DNA of 64,000 nt from an uncultured Phycisphaerales bacterium (GCA_963975575.1 CAXBHL010000001.1:717032-781031), one strand, 5' to 3'. Shown: positions 1-11,833, numbered from the stretch's first letter. The notes: generated by a model not told the origin, from the sequence alone. Numbers and translations are program-made.

Positions 1-1278
1 CCGGGCTGCGCACCGGTGATGAGGTAGGCCAGCGTGTTCTGGCGGGCGAACATCGTGGCGGTGTTGATCCACGATCGCCCGCCGTCCCAGCCCTTCACGG
101 AAGGCGGGAAGAAGAGGTTCTGGCCCATCCGCTCCATCGCGTCGGCCATGGTGTTCAGATCGCGGGCGGGCACGCCGAGCGTGCGGACCGCGCCGACGAC
201 GAGTTCGGCGGGGGACTTGATCTTGCTGTGGGCGACCTCGTCCGAGTAGAAGTGCCTGGACTTGAAGAGCGTCTTGAGGACCGGGGCCAGGTCGTACCGC
301 TCGCGGGTGATGCGGTCGGCGAGCATCTTGACGCAGGCGAGGTCGGTGCCGGTCACGTCGCGCGGCTGGGCCGCCACGTCGGCGACGAAGAATCGGTAGA
401 GCCTCGTGGCGATGAAGGGGGCGCAGGCCTGGTGACGCAGGATCGCGGACACGAACCCGTCCCCGTCCACGCGGTCGCGGACCCCGAGGACCTGCTTGGG
501 CCCACTGTCGTGCATGTTCTCGCGGAAGACGAACGCGTCGTCCTCGTACGTGTAGCCGGTCAGCGCCCGCGCGCCCTCCTTGATGTCCCGCTCCGTGTAG
601 TTGCCCTCGCCGAGCGAGAACAGCTCCATCAGTTCTCGCGCGAGGTTCTCGTTGGGGCTCTGCCGGCGGTTCTGGTTGTTGTTGAGGTACCGCAGCATCG
701 CCGGGTCGCGGATGATGCCGGCCAGCAGGCGCGGGTAGCTCTTCGCGTTGCCGCGGAACATCCGGTTCTGCATGTACATGTGGTACGAGTCTTCGACCGA
801 GCGGTAGCTGGTGGCGAAATGGCCGTGCCAGAAGAGCGTCAGTTTCTCTTCCAGCGGGCGGGGCGTCTGGATCATCCGCTGGATCCACCACCGCCTGATC
901 TGGGCCATCTGCTGCCGGTCGGAGCGTTGGGCCGCCTGGCGCTGGTCGCGGAACCGGGCCACCGTGTCCTCGTCGCCACGCTGCCGGGCCGTGCGGATCA
1001 CCCGCTGATCTTCCAGCGAGAGCGGACGCATGATGTCCTTGTTGAACAGGTCGTGTTCGTCGGGTTCGTTGGGGACGCTCTCGAAGTCAACCAGGTGGTC
1101 GACCGCCTCGTCGAGCCCCCACGAAACAAGCGTGTTGATCTGGATCTCGGTGCCGCCGAATCCCGCGCGGCGCAGCAGGTGGCGGGCCTGGGCCGGCCCG
1201 AACGCTTCGCGCGGGAGCGGGTCGAGCAGGTTCCGCAGCGGGATGGTGGGGGCGGCTCGGCTTGGATCGGTCGTCATG
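1..1278 (-). CDS. DUF1800 family protein. The C-terminal part lies beyond the window edge. It is not in the ORF track because there is no stop codon inside the window
   Basis: Hand translation of the minus strand from ATG 1278 gives MTTDPSRAAPTIPLRNLLDPLPREAFGPAQARHLLRRAGFGGTEIQ. The HLLxRAGFG motif is characteristic of DUF1800. GGAG lies 7 nt upstream of the ATG. The plus-strand ORF 228..1400 is its antisense shadow. Confidence 0.55.
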
Positions 1279-1368
1279 GGCTGCTCCGCGTGGCTGATCG
1301 GCCGAACGATCGGCGGGCATCACGCATTGCAGCATACCGGAACGTGGGGGAAACGATTCGTCCCTTTC

Positions 1369-2777
1369 TCAGGGCTTTCGCGGCCTGGCGAGCCGGCTGA
1401 GCCATGCGGCGGTGACCACCGCCAGGAGCAGCAGGATCGCCCCGGTCGCCTGGTGGGTGGTTGTCACCAGGGCCTCCAGGGTGCGGATGGGGGCCGCCGC
1501 GGCCAGGCGATCGGCCGTGGGGACCTCAAGCGGCTCTTTCCGGGTCATGATCAGGCCCAGCGCCGCCCAGCCGAGCAGGAACTGGACCGTGACGATCCCG
1601 TGCAGCCCCGCGCCGAGGCGCCGGATGCCCTTGAAACCGGCTCCGGCCTTTCCGACGCGGATGGCGAACGCGCCCGCGAGCACGATGACGAACATGACCA
1701 CGAAGGCGAACGCGGCGTGGGTCAGGCGGGCGTGGCTGGCGCCGGGGCTGGGGGGATCCATCCGGTCCAGGTGCCGGGCGGCCGCGCCCATGGCGAGCTG
1801 GAGGAACAAGAAACCCACCATCAGCCATCCCCATTTGCGGGCCTTCGCGGCCGCCGCCGCGCGTTCCTCGTCGGGGGGAAGCTGGGTCCACGGCAGGCTC
1901 AGGCCCGCCGCGAGCAGGCCGGCGAGCGTGAAGACGATCTGGCCGAACACGCCGTGGAGAATGGCGATGGGGGTGCTCAGCTCGGAGACGCGCTTGATCC
2001 CCATGTAGCCCTGGACGCAGACGGCGACGAAGAGCAGCAAGGCCAGCAGTTTGCAGTACTTGCGCGGCTCGAACAGGAGCACGCTGACCATCAGCACGAT
2101 CGTCGCCAGGCCAGCCAGCGTGCCGAACAGGCGGTGGGAGTGTTCGAGGAAGATCCGCGGTTCGGACATGAGTTCGAAGGGGAACAGAACGGAGACCGCA
2201 CCGTAAGAAGTCACCGCGTCGGGGACGGCCAGGCCGGATTCGGTGCTTGTCACCGCGCCGCCCACCGCGATCAGGGGGAGGTACACGAAGACCGTGACGA
2301 GCCCCAGCCGGGCGAGCCAGGCGGATCGGGAAGTCAGGCGGGCCCGCCCACCGCGGGCGAGGAGGGCGCCGATCCCGCCGGCGATGACGCACAAAAGAAT
2401 GGTCCCCGGGATGATCAGCACGGCCTCGGACCGGAACTGGTTGGCGTACTCGGCCATGGCGTCGGTCGACTCGGGTTGTTCGACGGCGACCGAGCCGACA
2501 ATGAGCAGGTTCACCAGGCCCGTGACGAGGCCGCCCAGGAGACCGGCTTTGACGCGCCCGACAGACGGGTGGGCGCGGAGTGTGAGCACGTTGGTGGCCA
2601 CGAGGGCGACGATCAGGATCGGCAGCGTGGTTGCGGCCGATGCGTCGATGGCGGGCAGGTGGAGCACCCACGCGAGCACCCAAACAACGATGACGCCGGC
2701 GAACCCGACAGTGAGGGCGGCGAGGGCGCCGGGCGTGGCGATGGTGGGGGGGTGGGCGTTGTTGTTGTCGGTCATGG
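1369..2777 (-). CDS. Polytopic integral membrane protein with about 12 predicted TM helices and several His-containing helices. A COX15/CtaA-like heme A synthase is one plausible identity, not verified
   Basis: Long hydrophobic ORF. The start is moved to the internal ATG at 2775-2777 (MTDNNNAHPP...) because a GGAGG sits 6-7 nt upstream. It is divergent from the act operon, and its position next to a caa3 oxidase cluster is suggestive. Confidence 0.6.
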
Positions 2778-2807
2778 TTGCCTCCGTGAGGCCGGGTTCT
2801 CGTTGCG

Positions 2808-2826
2808 ATTGAGACCCATTCTCAAT
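2808..2826. promoter_or_regulatory. Dyad-symmetric element ATTGAGA-N5-TCTCAAT in the divergent intergenic region between the membrane protein gene and actA
   Basis: Perfect 7-bp inverted repeat with a 5-bp spacer, about 30 bp upstream of the minus-strand start codon at 2777 and about 170 bp upstream of actA. Confidence 0.3.
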
Positions 2827-2993
2827 TCCGGTCAAACCGTGCAAATACCGGGATAGTGTACCCGAGAACAGGACAAATTTCGGCTGGGCCGCACAACACG
2901 GATGCGGGACAACGGGCTACTCTTACGGCGTGTCACGGTGCTCGGGGCCCGTCCGGGTGTTCTCCCGGGCTCCCCGGCCGACGGAGGCAGCCT

Positions 2994-3692
2994 GTGAAGC
3001 CGATTTTTCCGAAGTGGTTGAACGCACTCCCCACGGTCGCCTTCGCGGTGATCAACGGCGGGGTGATTCTGGTGGTCGCGGGGTTCTGGTATTACGCGAC
3101 CCCGAAGTTCTGGGAGGTCGGCTACATGCCGACCCAGCCCGGCTCGGGGTTCAATCACCAGATCCACGCGGGCAAGCTGGGCATGGACTGCCGGTACTGC
3201 CACACAAACGTCGAGAAGTCCTGGCACGCCAACGTGCCGACCGTGGCGACCTGCATGGGTTGCCACCAGGAGGGCATGTTGGGCCCCGACGCGAGCGCGA
3301 CGGCGGACAAGGTCGCGTTCATCCGCGAGGCCTACGCGGCGGACCGGCCGATCGAGTGGCGCAAGATCCACGTGCTGCCCGACTACGCCAACTTCCCGCA
3401 CCATGTGCACGTGAACGCGGGCGTGAGCTGCTATTCGTGCCACGGGCAGATCGCGGGCATGCCGGTGGTGGCGCAGGCCGAGCCGCTGAGCATGGGCTGG
3501 TGCCTCGAGTGCCACCGCAACCCGGTGGAGAAGCTCGTTCCCAGGGACCGTGTGACGGACCTGTACTGGGTCGAGCACGAGTGGTTCGACAAGCCTGTCG
3601 CCGAGCGGGCCCACGCGGGGCTGACCGCCTCGCAGCTCGTGGATTCGCTGTTCCGCAATCCGCCCGAGCACTGCGCGGCCTGCCACTACTGA
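2994..3692 (+). CDS. actA: Alternative complex III subunit ActA, membrane-anchored pentaheme cytochrome c
   Basis: Five CxxCH motifs (CRYCH, CMGCH, CYSCH, CLECH, CAACH). N-terminal TM helix. GTG start with GGAGG 7 nt upstream. First gene of the act operon. Confidence 0.85.
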   Translation: MKPIFPKWLNALPTVAFAVINGGVILVVAGFWYYATPKFWEVGYMPTQPGSGFNHQIHAGKLGMDCRYCHTNVEKSWHANVPTVATCMGCHQEGMLGPDASATADKVAFIREAYAADRPIEWRKIHVLPDYANFPHHVHVNAGVSCYSCHGQIAGMPVVAQAEPLSMGWCLECHRNPVEKLVPRDRVTDLYWVEHEWFDKPVAERAHAGLTASQLVDSLFRNPPEHCAACHY

Positions 3693-3759
3693 TCCCCGAC
3701 CCGTCGCTGAACTATCGACGACCCCGCGGGGCCCAGGGCCCCGACGACGAGACGACACC

Positions 3760-6700
3760 ATGAGCACCATCGATCAGTGCCCGTCCACCAAGGGCAAGCT
3801 CGACATCCCGGAGTCCCCCGCGCAGCTGGCCCGCATGAGCGGGCGGCCCGTGTGGCGATCGGCCGAGGAGTTCTCCGGCGATCCCGCCTTCAAGGAGTTC
3901 GTCGAGCGCGAGTTCCCCGGCGGCGCGAGCCTGCTGGAGGAAACGAGCCGGCGTTCTTTCATGAAGGTCATGGGCGCCTCGCTCGCGCTGGCGGGCGCGG
4001 CCACGCTGCCCGGCTGCCGGCGTCCGGACCGCAAGATCCTCGCGTATTCCCGCCAGGTGCCCGAGGAGGTCGTCCCGGGCAAGCCGCTGTACTTCGCCAC
4101 CGCGCTGCCCCTGCCCGGCGGCGGCGCCGAGGGCGTGCTGGTGGAGACCCACGGCGGACGCCCGACCAAGATCGAGGGCAACCCGCTGCATCCCAACAAT
4201 CGCGGCGCGACCTCGGCCTACGCCCAGGCGAGCGTGCTCGATCTCTACGACCCCGACCGGCTCAAGTACCCCGTGTATCACAACCCCGCCCGCGGGCACC
4301 TGCCCGCGACGCTGGACGACTTCAAGTACTGGGCGCACGAGCACTTTGCCGGCTTCGACGCCAACGGCGGCGCGGGTCTGGCGTTCATCGTCGACAAGCA
4401 GACTTCGCCGACGCGCGACCGCATGCGCGATCAGGTCCTGGCTCGCTGGCCGAACGCCGAGTGGGTCGCGTGGAACCCGGCCGAGCACCGCGGCGGCATC
4501 GAGGGCACCCGTATCGCCTTCGGCGCGCCGCACCGCGCCCGGTACCGCTTCGAGAAGGCCGAGCGGGTGCTCAGCGTCAACTGCGACATCGTCAGCGACG
4601 GGCCGGACCAGGTGTACCACGCCCGCGGCCTGGCGAGCACCCGGAAGGTTCGTCACGCCGGCGACCCCATGAGCCGGCTGTACGTCGTCGAGAGCCGCCC
4701 GACCGCGACCGGCTCGATGGCCGACCACCGCTTCCGGCTCAACCCCGGCCAGATGGGCGCGTTCGTCGCGGCCATCGCCCGCGCGTTCGGCATCGATGCC
4801 CCGGCCCCCGCGGTCATCGGCATCCCCGCGGCGCACATCGAGGCGATCGCGGAGGACCTGCGTTCGCACGCCGGGCACGCGGTGGTGGTCCCCGGCGAGG
4901 GACTGCCCGCCGAGGCCTACGCCCTGGCGATGGCGATCAACGCCCAGCTCGGGGCGATCGGCGAGATCGTCGAACTGTTCCCAATGAACGACGAGTCGGC
5001 CTCGGACGGGGGCGCGGCGCTGGCCGCCCTGACCGCTCGGCTCAACGCGGGCCGGATCGGCACGCTCGTGGTGATGGGCGCCAACCCGGTGCACAACGCG
5101 CCGGGCTCGTGGAACTTCGCCGAGGCGTTCGCCAAGGCCCCGGTCCGCGTGACGCTGTCGGTCGGCCAGTCCGAGACGGCCGCGGCGTCGACCTGGTCGC
5201 TCAACGGCGCCCACCCGCTTGAGGCGTGGGGCGACGTGGCCGCGACGGACGGCACGCTGTCGGTGGTCCAGCCGATGATCGCGCCCCTGTTCGAGCCGGC
5301 CCTCTCTCAGATCGAGCTGCTCTCGCTGCTGGTCAGCAAGGAGTCGGCGGTCAACCCCGACGGCTACGCCCTGGTCTCGCGGACGTGGGCTTCCAGCTCG
5401 GGCGCGGCGGAGGGTTCGTCGCGGTTCGAGGGCGTGTGGCGGCGTGCGTTGCACGACGGGATCGCGGCCGGCTCGACCGGACGCCCCGCCCAGGCCCGGC
5501 TGCGGATGATGGACGTGGCCAGCGCGTTCCGGTCGCTGCCCGCGGCCCCGGCCCCCGGGCCCAACGCGATGGAGGTCGAGTTCTACACCGTGCGGCTCAA
5601 CGACGGCGGCAGCGCGAACAACGCGTGGCTGCAGGAACTGCCCGAGGTCGGTTCCAGCGTGGTCTGGGACAACCCGGTCTACGTCAGCCCGATGACCGCC
5701 AAGACGCTGGGCCTGCTGCCCGAGCACACGCGGATCGACGAGTACAACCCCTACATCAAGCAGCAGATGCCCCAGGCCAGGATGGCGACCCTGACGGTGG
5801 GCGGCCAGAAGATGGATGTGGCGGTCTGGATCATGCCGGGCATGGCGGACTACGTGATCGGCGCCAAGCTCGGGTACGGGCGCACCAAGGCCGGGCTCGT
5901 GGGCGATCAGACCGGTTTCAACACGTACCTGGTCAAGCCCGCGGGCATGCTCGCGACGGCGGCCAAGCTCGAGCGGGCCGGCGGGACCTACACGATCGCG
6001 TCGACGCAGAACCACTGGTCCCTGGCCGCCAAGAGCGAGGCCAAGGACAAGGAGCAGCGCGACACGATCGTTCGCGCGATGGACAAGAAGTGGTGGGACA
6101 AGTACGGCGGTGAGGTCAAGCTCGAGCCCGACCACATCTACGGCACGGAGACCTCGCGTCTGAACGTGGCCGAGCGGATCGGCGAGCTGTCGCACACCCC
6201 GCCGAACGAGATGGCGGCGTACGAGAACCCGCTGAACCGTTCGACCGGAGAACCGGACCCGACGGAGATGAAGCCGGTCCCGGCCCTGCTCGGGCGCGAG
6301 GTCCCGCCGGCGTACTCCCGCGGGCCGCAGTGGGGCATGTCGATCGACATGAACGCCTGCTCGGGCTGCGGCGTGTGCACGGTGGCGTGCCAGGCCGAGA
6401 ACAGCATCCCCGTCGTGGGCAAGAGCGAGGTGGCCAAGGGCCGCGAGATGACCTGGATCCGCGTGGACCGCTACTTCGTCGGCGAGGACCTGAACAACCC
6501 CGACGAGATGCTGATGCAGCCGGTCGCGTGCGTGCACTGCGAGAACGCCCCGTGCGAGACCGTGTGCCCGGTCAACGCGACGATCCACGGCCCCGAGGGC
6601 ACAAACAACATGGCCTACAACCGCTGCATCGGCACGCGGTACTGCGCCAACAACTGCCCGTACAAGGTCCGCAGGTTCAACTTCTTCGATTACGCCGTCA

Positions 6701-7365
6701 AGAAGTTCCGCGGCGGCCTGAACGAGAACTACGTTTCGAAGGACGTCGTCGACGTCTTCGACGAGCACGTCACCAGCGACCGGACGCTCAACCAGAACTT
6801 CGTGCCGCCGCGCCTGCGCAAGAAGCTGGACGAGATCGGCAAGATGCAGTTCAACCCCGACGTCACGGTGCGTTCGCGCGGCGTGATGGAGAAGTGCACG
6901 TACTGCATCCAGCGGGTCAACGAGGCCCGCCAGGAGGTCAAGGTCAAGGGCCTGTGGAAAGAGGCCGACCAGGTCGGCCCGATCCCGGACGGCTACTTCC
7001 AGTCCGCCTGCCAGCAGGCCTGCCCGAGCGGGGCGATCAGCTTCGGCGACGTGCTCGACCCGGACTCGAAGGTCTCCGCCGACCGGGCGTCCGGGCGGAC
7101 GTACATGCTGCTGGGCTACCTGAACACGCGGCCGCGGACGACCTACATGATGCGTGTGCGCAACCCGAACAGCGCCATCCGCGTGTTCGACGAGCACGAC
7201 CCGCTCGACCACGGCGGCGGGCACGGGGACGACGGGCACGGGGACGGCCACGAAGGCGGCGCGACGGACGGCGGGCACGCCTCCGCCGCCTACGTCGACG
7301 GCCTGAAGAAGTACACGGACCAGGGATACTCGCTCAGCCTCCGCGTGCTGGGCGCAACTGTCTGA
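3760..7365 (+). CDS. actB: Alternative complex III subunit ActB, a fused molybdopterin-oxidoreductase-like and 4Fe-4S ferredoxin (B1-B2) subunit
   Basis: 1201 aa. Twin-arginine motif [20 protein letters not shown]-terminal Cys clusters [25 protein letters not shown] and [12 protein letters not shown]. An alternative start at ATG 3835 is possible. Confidence 0.9.
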   Translation: MSTIDQCPSTKGKLDIPESPAQLARMSGRPVWRSAEEFSGDPAFKEFVEREFPGGASLLEETSRRSFMKVMGASLALAGAATLPGCRRPDRKILAYSRQVPEEVVPGKPLYFATALPLPGGGAEGVLVETHGGRPTKIEGNPLHPNNRGATSAYAQASVLDLYDPDRLKYPVYHNPARGHLPATLDDFKYWAHEHFAGFDANGGAGLAFIVDKQTSPTRDRMRDQVLARWPNAEWVAWNPAEHRGGIEGTRIAFGAPHRARYRFEKAERVLSVNCDIVSDGPDQVYHARGLASTRKVRHAGDPMSRLYVVESRPTATGSMADHRFRLNPGQMGAFVAAIARAFGIDAPAPAVIGIPAAHIEAIAEDLRSHAGHAVVVPGEGLPAEAYALAMAINAQLGAIGEIVELFPMNDESASDGGAALAALTARLNAGRIGTLVVMGANPVHNAPGSWNFAEAFAKAPVRVTLSVGQSETAAASTWSLNGAHPLEAWGDVAATDGTLSVVQPMIAPLFEPALSQIELLSLLVSKESAVNPDGYALVSRTWASSSGAAEGSSRFEGVWRRALHDGIAAGSTGRPAQARLRMMDVASAFRSLPAAPAPGPNAMEVEFYTVRLNDGGSANNAWLQELPEVGSSVVWDNPVYVSPMTAKTLGLLPEHTRIDEYNPYIKQQMPQARMATLTVGGQKMDVAVWIMPGMADYVIGAKLGYGRTKAGLVGDQTGFNTYLVKPAGMLATAAKLERAGGTYTIASTQNHWSLAAKSEAKDKEQRDTIVRAMDKKWWDKYGGEVKLEPDHIYGTETSRLNVAERIGELSHTPPNEMAAYENPLNRSTGEPDPTEMKPVPALLGREVPPAYSRGPQWGMSIDMNACSGCGVCTVACQAENSIPVVGKSEVAKGREMTWIRVDRYFVGEDLNNPDEMLMQPVACVHCENAPCETVCPVNATIHGPEGTNNMAYNRCIGTRYCANNCPYKVRRFNFFDYAVKKFRGGLNENYVSKDVVDVFDEHVTSDRTLNQNFVPPRLRKKLDEIGKMQFNPDVTVRSRGVMEKCTYCIQRVNEARQEVKVKGLWKEADQVGPIPDGYFQSACQQACPSGAISFGDVLDPDSKVSADRASGRTYMLLGYLNTRPRTTYMMRVRNPNSAIRVFDEHDPLDHGGGHGDDGHGDGHEGGATDGGHASAAYVDGLKKYTDQGYSLSLRVLGATV

Positions 7366-7387
7366 TGACGGGAACGGTGGAACGACC

Positions 7388-8977
7388 ATGAGCACACTCG
7401 AACCAGACCAGTCCATCGCAGCCCGGCTGACGGGGCTCGAGCCGGGGGCGCAGCCGCCGGCGCGGCGCGTCAAGACCGTCGGGGGCACCTACGACGACGG
7501 AACGCTCATCGAGGACCCGGGCAAGCGGGCGCCCCTGGTGCTCGGCGACCGATCGTTCGGGGAGGTCACCGACATCGTCTGCGGCTACGCCGAGGCGCCG
7601 ATGCCCAAGCCGTGGCTGGCGCTGTTCACGGTGTTCTCGTCGGTCGCCGCGCTCGGCACGGGCATGATCCTCTATCTGATCATCACCGGCGTGGGCGTGT
7701 GGGGTCTGAACAACCAGGTCGACTGGGCGTGGGACATCACCAACTTCGTGTTCTGGATCGGCATCGGCCACGCGGGCACGCTGATCTCCGCGATTCTCTG
7801 CCTGCTCAAGCAGAACTGGCGCACGGCGGTGAACCGCTCGGCCGAGGCGATGACCATCTTCGCGGTGGTGTGCGCGGGCATCTTCCCCGGCGTGCACGTC
7901 GGACGCGTGTGGTTCGCGTGGATGCTGTTCCCGATCCCCAACTCCAACGCGATCTGGCCGAACTTCCGCAGCCCGCTGCTGTGGGACGTGTTCGCGGTCT
8001 CGACCTACGCGACGGTCTCCCTGCTGTTCTGGTACATGGGCATGATCCCCGACCTGGCCACGCTGCGTGACCGGGCGTACCTGCGTCTTTCCAGGGGGCT
8101 TTCCCGCCCGTTCGCGATCCCGATGCCGGTGGGCAACGACATCGTCGTCCCGTTCCTGCCCCGGCCGGACACGATCCGGGCCATGGCGTACGGCGTGCTC
8201 AGCGTGGGCTGGCGGTTCTCGAGCCGGCACTGGCACCGCTACGAGAAGGCGTACCTGATGCTCGCCGGCATCTCCACGCCGCTGGTGCTCAGCGTGCACT
8301 CGATCGTGTCGTTCGACTTTGCGACCTCGGTGCTGCCCGGCTGGCACACCACGATCTTCCCGCCCTACTTCGTCGCTGGCGCGGTGTTCGGCGGCTTCGC
8401 GATGGTGCTGCTGCTGCTGATCCCCATCCGCGCGATCCTGCCGAATTTCTCCGACCTGCTCACGCTGCGTCACCTGGAGAACATGGCCAAGATCATCCTG
8501 GTCACCGGCACGATGGTCGGCTTCGCCTACTCGATGGAGTTCTTCATCGCCTGGTACGGCGGCAACCGGTTCGAGTTCGAGGCCTTCGCCAACAACCGCG
8601 TCAACCCGAACGTCGCGCCCTACTGGTGGGCCTACTGGACGATGATCACCTGCAACGTGGTCTCGCCCCAGTTGTTCTGGATCAGGCGTTTCCGCCAGAG
8701 CCCGCTGGTGATCTGGCTGGTCGCGCTGGCCGTGACGGTGGGCATGTGGTTCGAGCGGTTCGTGATCATCGTGACCTCGCTGCACCGGGCCTTCATCCCC
8801 GGCGAGTGGGGCATGTTCTTCCCCACCTGGGTGGACATCCTCACCTTCGTCGGGTCGTGCGGCATCTTCCTGACGCTGTTCATGCTGTTCCTCAAGTTCC
8901 TGCCTGTGTTCGCGCTGGCCGAAGTCAAGGTCGTCATGCCGCAGGCCCACCCGCACGACCACCACGAGGAGGAGTGA
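7388..8977 (+). CDS. actC: Alternative complex III subunit ActC, NrfD/PsrC-like polytopic membrane subunit
   Basis: 529 aa with about 10 TM helices. NrfD-like signature regions. Follows actB directly. Confidence 0.9.
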   Translation: MSTLEPDQSIAARLTGLEPGAQPPARRVKTVGGTYDDGTLIEDPGKRAPLVLGDRSFGEVTDIVCGYAEAPMPKPWLALFTVFSSVAALGTGMILYLIITGVGVWGLNNQVDWAWDITNFVFWIGIGHAGTLISAILCLLKQNWRTAVNRSAEAMTIFAVVCAGIFPGVHVGRVWFAWMLFPIPNSNAIWPNFRSPLLWDVFAVSTYATVSLLFWYMGMIPDLATLRDRAYLRLSRGLSRPFAIPMPVGNDIVVPFLPRPDTIRAMAYGVLSVGWRFSSRHWHRYEKAYLMLAGISTPLVLSVHSIVSFDFATSVLPGWHTTIFPPYFVAGAVFGGFAMVLLLLIPIRAILPNFSDLLTLRHLENMAKIILVTGTMVGFAYSMEFFIAWYGGNRFEFEAFANNRVNPNVAPYWWAYWTMITCNVVSPQLFWIRRFRQSPLVIWLVALAVTVGMWFERFVIIVTSLHRAFIPGEWGMFFPTWVDILTFVGSCGIFLTLFMLFLKFLPVFALAEVKVVMPQAHPHDHHEEE

Positions 8978-8980
8978 CCC

Positions 8981-9607
8981 GTGAGCGCGATCAACACCAT
9001 CAAGTCGGCCGCGTCGGACTACTTCCCCATGTTCGTGCGCAAGCCCGCGCCCCGGTTCGTTTCCGAATCGGGCAACCGGGTGTACGGCATCGTGGCCGAG
9101 TTCTCCGAGACGCCCCGGGTCTACCACGCGGCGGAGATGATCCGCGACGCGGGCTACTCCAGGTGGGACGTCCACTCGCCCTTCCCCGTCCACGGGATGG
9201 AAAAGGCGATGGGCATCAAGAGCACCAAGCTGCCGCTGATCGCGATGGGGGCCGCCGTCACGGGCGTGCTCTTCGCCATGCTGCTGCAGTGGGGCACCTC
9301 GGCGTACCTGTACCCCATGGTGGTGCAGGGCAAGCCGTACGGCGCGTGGGAACCGTTCATGCCGATCATCTTCGAGCTGGGCGTGCTCTTCACCGCGTTC
9401 GCGTGCCTGCTGGGCATGATGGCGCTCAACGGGCTGCCGCGGTTCCACCACCCGCTGTTCGGGCACGATCGTTTCTACCGCGTCAGCAACGACCGGTTCA
9501 TGATCGCGATCGAGGCGGACGACCCGAGCTTTGACCCCAAGAAGACCCGGGCCCTGCTCGAGAAGGCCGGCGGGACCGACATCACCATTATCGAAGAACA
9601 GGACTGA
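8981..9607 (+). CDS. actD: Alternative complex III subunit ActD (DUF3341-like)
   Basis: GTG start 4 nt after the actC stop. GAGGAGGAG lies 7 nt upstream. About 208 aa with two central TM helices. Conserved position in the operon. Confidence 0.8.
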   Translation: MSAINTIKSAASDYFPMFVRKPAPRFVSESGNRVYGIVAEFSETPRVYHAAEMIRDAGYSRWDVHSPFPVHGMEKAMGIKSTKLPLIAMGAAVTGVLFAMLLQWGTSAYLYPMVVQGKPYGAWEPFMPIIFELGVLFTAFACLLGMMALNGLPRFHHPLFGHDRFYRVSNDRFMIAIEADDPSFDPKKTRALLEKAGGTDITIIEEQD

Positions 9608-9662
9608 GCGTCCCGCGGCCGACCGGCCCGGACACCTGCCCCGAGCGGGCGAGGATTGCAAG

Positions 9663-10466
9663 ATGACCACCAACAATGCCAGCACGCGACGCCACGCCGC
9701 CCGGACACGCGCGGGCGCGATCGCGCTGATCGCCGGCCTCGCCGCGATGGCGGCCCTGACGGGCTGCCGGGGGGACCGGACGGACAAGCCCCCGCGTCAG
9801 TTCTTTCCGGACATGGACGAGCAGCCCAAGGTCCTGCCCCAGACCGCGACGAACTTCTACGAGGACGGCCGGTCGGACCGCTCGCTCGTCGCGCGGACGG
9901 TGCCCTTCGGCGCCACCCCGCACGACCCGAACGTGACCGCCGAGGCCGACTGGGCCGGCGACATCCGCGCCGACCGCGACCGCATGCTCGGCACCGACCC
10001 GGTCATGTACCTGGGCATCATGCCCGGCTCGACCGTCGAGGAGCCCGTCTACGCCGACTACATGCCCGTCGAGGTCACCCGCGACCTGATCCTCCGCGGC
10101 CAGGAGCGGTTCGACATCTACTGCTCCGCCTGCCACGGCTACACCGGCGTCGGCGGCAAGGACGAGGGCGCGGGCACCGTCGGCAAGCTGTGGAGCTACG
10201 CCCCGGCGAACCTCAACGCCGAGCTGTATCGCGACCGTTCCACCTATCAGGGCAAGGACGGCTATCTGTACAAGATCATCCGCCGGGGTCTGCAGAACCC
10301 GGACGGGACCTACCGGATGCCCGCCTACGGCCACGCGGTCAACGAGGCGGACGCCTGGGCGATCGTCGCCTACATCCGCACCCTCCAGGCGGCGCACGGC
10401 GTGAAGTTTGACCAGCTCGACCCGGCCGACCAGGCCCGCCTGAGCCCGAGGGGAGGCACCCAGTGA
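9663..10466 (+). CDS. actE: Alternative complex III subunit ActE, monoheme cytochrome c lipoprotein
   Basis: Lipobox LTGC after the signal peptide. Single CSACH heme motif. The start is moved to ATG 9663. Confidence 0.85.
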   Translation: MTTNNASTRRHAARTRAGAIALIAGLAAMAALTGCRGDRTDKPPRQFFPDMDEQPKVLPQTATNFYEDGRSDRSLVARTVPFGATPHDPNVTAEADWAGDIRADRDRMLGTDPVMYLGIMPGSTVEEPVYADYMPVEVTRDLILRGQERFDIYCSACHGYTGVGGKDEGAGTVGKLWSYAPANLNAELYRDRSTYQGKDGYLYKIIRRGLQNPDGTYRMPAYGHAVNEADAWAIVAYIRTLQAAHGVKFDQLDPADQARLSPRGGTQ

Positions 10467-11782
10467 CCCGGATCGCCGCGAACCACCCCGCCCCCGCCGA
10501 GACCGCGCTCACCGATGCCGCGTGGCAGCACCGGCTGGCCAAGATCGCCGCCGACCCGCGGATGACCGAGGACAACATCTGGTCCCGCGGCGCCGTGGGC
10601 AAGTTCGGCATCCCGCTGCTGCTCGTCGGCCTGGCGGGGCTCCTGCTGACCGTGATCGGCGCGTTCTCGATGAACCTGCGCCACGCCCTGGCCGCGTACG
10701 AGGTCGGCGTGTTCACCGCGCTGGCCATGTCGCTGGGCTGCCTGTTCTTCCTGCTGGTGTTCCACTCGCTTAACGCGGGCTGGGTCATCACCTGCCGCCG
10801 CATCTTCGAGCACGGCGCGGCCCTGCTGCCCTTCTGCTGGCTTTCGCTGCTGCCGATCGTGATCATCGAGCTGGCCAACGGCGGCGTCCTGCTCGACTGG
10901 ATCGCCGGCACCCACGGCGACTACCTGCTCGAGAAGAAAGAGGCCTACCTCAACCCGACCTTTTTCGTGGTCCGCGTGCTGATCTACGGGGCCGTCTGGT
11001 CGTTCCTCGGCTGGCGGTTCGCGTCGCTGAGCCGCCGGGCCGACGAGACCGGTGACCGGTCCCTGGGTCGCAAGGCCCGGTTCACCGCGGGCTGGGGCAT
11101 CCTGCTGTTTGCGCTGACCACCGCGTTCGCGGCCTTCGACTTCCTGATGAGCCTGGACTACCGCTTCTTCTCCACCATGTGGGGCGTCCACTTCTTCGCG
11201 AGCTGCGCGCTGTCGTCGGTGTGCGTCGTGATCCTGGTCCTGGCGGTGCTCCGCTTCCGCGGCAAGCTCACCGGGCTGGTCACCGACGAGCACTTCCACG
11301 ATCTGGGCAAGCTCGTCTTCGCCTTCACCGTCTTCTGGGCCTACGTCTCGTTCAGCCAGTACTTCCTGATCTGGTACTCGAACATCCCCGAGGAGACCGC
11401 CTGGTTCGTTTACCGCAAGTCCGAGGGCTGGCACTGGCTCTTCGTGACCCTGGCGGTCGGGCACTTCATCGTGCCCTTCCTTCTGGTGGGCTGGCGAGCG
11501 GTCAAGCGCAACACCCTGCTCCTGGGCGCCGTCGCCCTGTACATGATCCTGATGACCGTCGCGGACATGGTCTGGATCATCCGCCCGATGGTCTACGTCC
11601 CGGCGGCGGTGGGCGGCGACGCCAACCCCGGGCTGGGCGGGATCTGGCTCGACGCCGTCGGCGTGGTGGGGGTGCTGGGCGTCTGGGCGTGGCTGCTGAT
11701 CCGCCGGATCGAGTCCGCGCCGCTGCTGCCGACCAAGGACGCGATGCTCCACGAATCCATGGCCCACAAGAACTACGTGTGA
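10463..11782 (+). CDS. actF: Alternative complex III subunit ActF, second NrfD-like membrane subunit
   Basis: GTG start overlaps the actE stop (GTGA). GGGAGG lies 7 nt upstream. Polytopic membrane protein of 439 aa. Confidence 0.85.
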   Translation: MTRIAANHPAPAETALTDAAWQHRLAKIAADPRMTEDNIWSRGAVGKFGIPLLLVGLAGLLLTVIGAFSMNLRHALAAYEVGVFTALAMSLGCLFFLLVFHSLNAGWVITCRRIFEHGAALLPFCWLSLLPIVIIELANGGVLLDWIAGTHGDYLLEKKEAYLNPTFFVVRVLIYGAVWSFLGWRFASLSRRADETGDRSLGRKARFTAGWGILLFALTTAFAAFDFLMSLDYRFFSTMWGVHFFASCALSSVCVVILVLAVLRFRGKLTGLVTDEHFHDLGKLVFAFTVFWAYVSFSQYFLIWYSNIPEETAWFVYRKSEGWHWLFVTLAVGHFIVPFLLVGWRAVKRNTLLLGAVALYMILMTVADMVWIIRPMVYVPAAVGGDANPGLGGIWLDAVGVVGVLGVWAWLLIRRIESAPLLPTKDAMLHESMAHKNYV

Positions 11783-11803
11783 GCCGTTTCCGGACCGAAC
11801 CAT

Positions 11804-11833
11804 CCCTGCCCGGCGGGACACCGCCCGGCAGGG
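11804..11833 (+). other. GC-rich stem-loop downstream of actF. Arms of about 13 bp with one mismatch. No U-tract follows
   Basis: CCCTGCCCGGCGG-gacA-CCGCCCGGCAGGG, read directly from the sequence 22 nt after the actF stop. Confidence 0.35.

Noticed and set aside
2808-2826. Considered calling the dyad an FNR/CRP box
   Set aside because: The arm sequence and spacing (TTGAGA-N5-TCTCAA) do not fit TTGAT-N4-ATCAA. It is kept only as a generic dyad.
3712-7488. A 1258-aa minus-strand ORF antisense to actB. Similar long antisense ORFs include 228..1400, 1030..2856, 7334..9787, 10370..11845, 14309..15997, 16851..18485, 17633..19849, 21202..23883, 23781..25631, 36211..38598, 38724..41008 and 51855..54065
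   Set aside because: The products are low-complexity and Arg/Gly/Pro/Ala-rich, typical of stop-codon-poor antisense frames in 70% GC DNA. Each overlaps a gene with clear motifs on the other strand.
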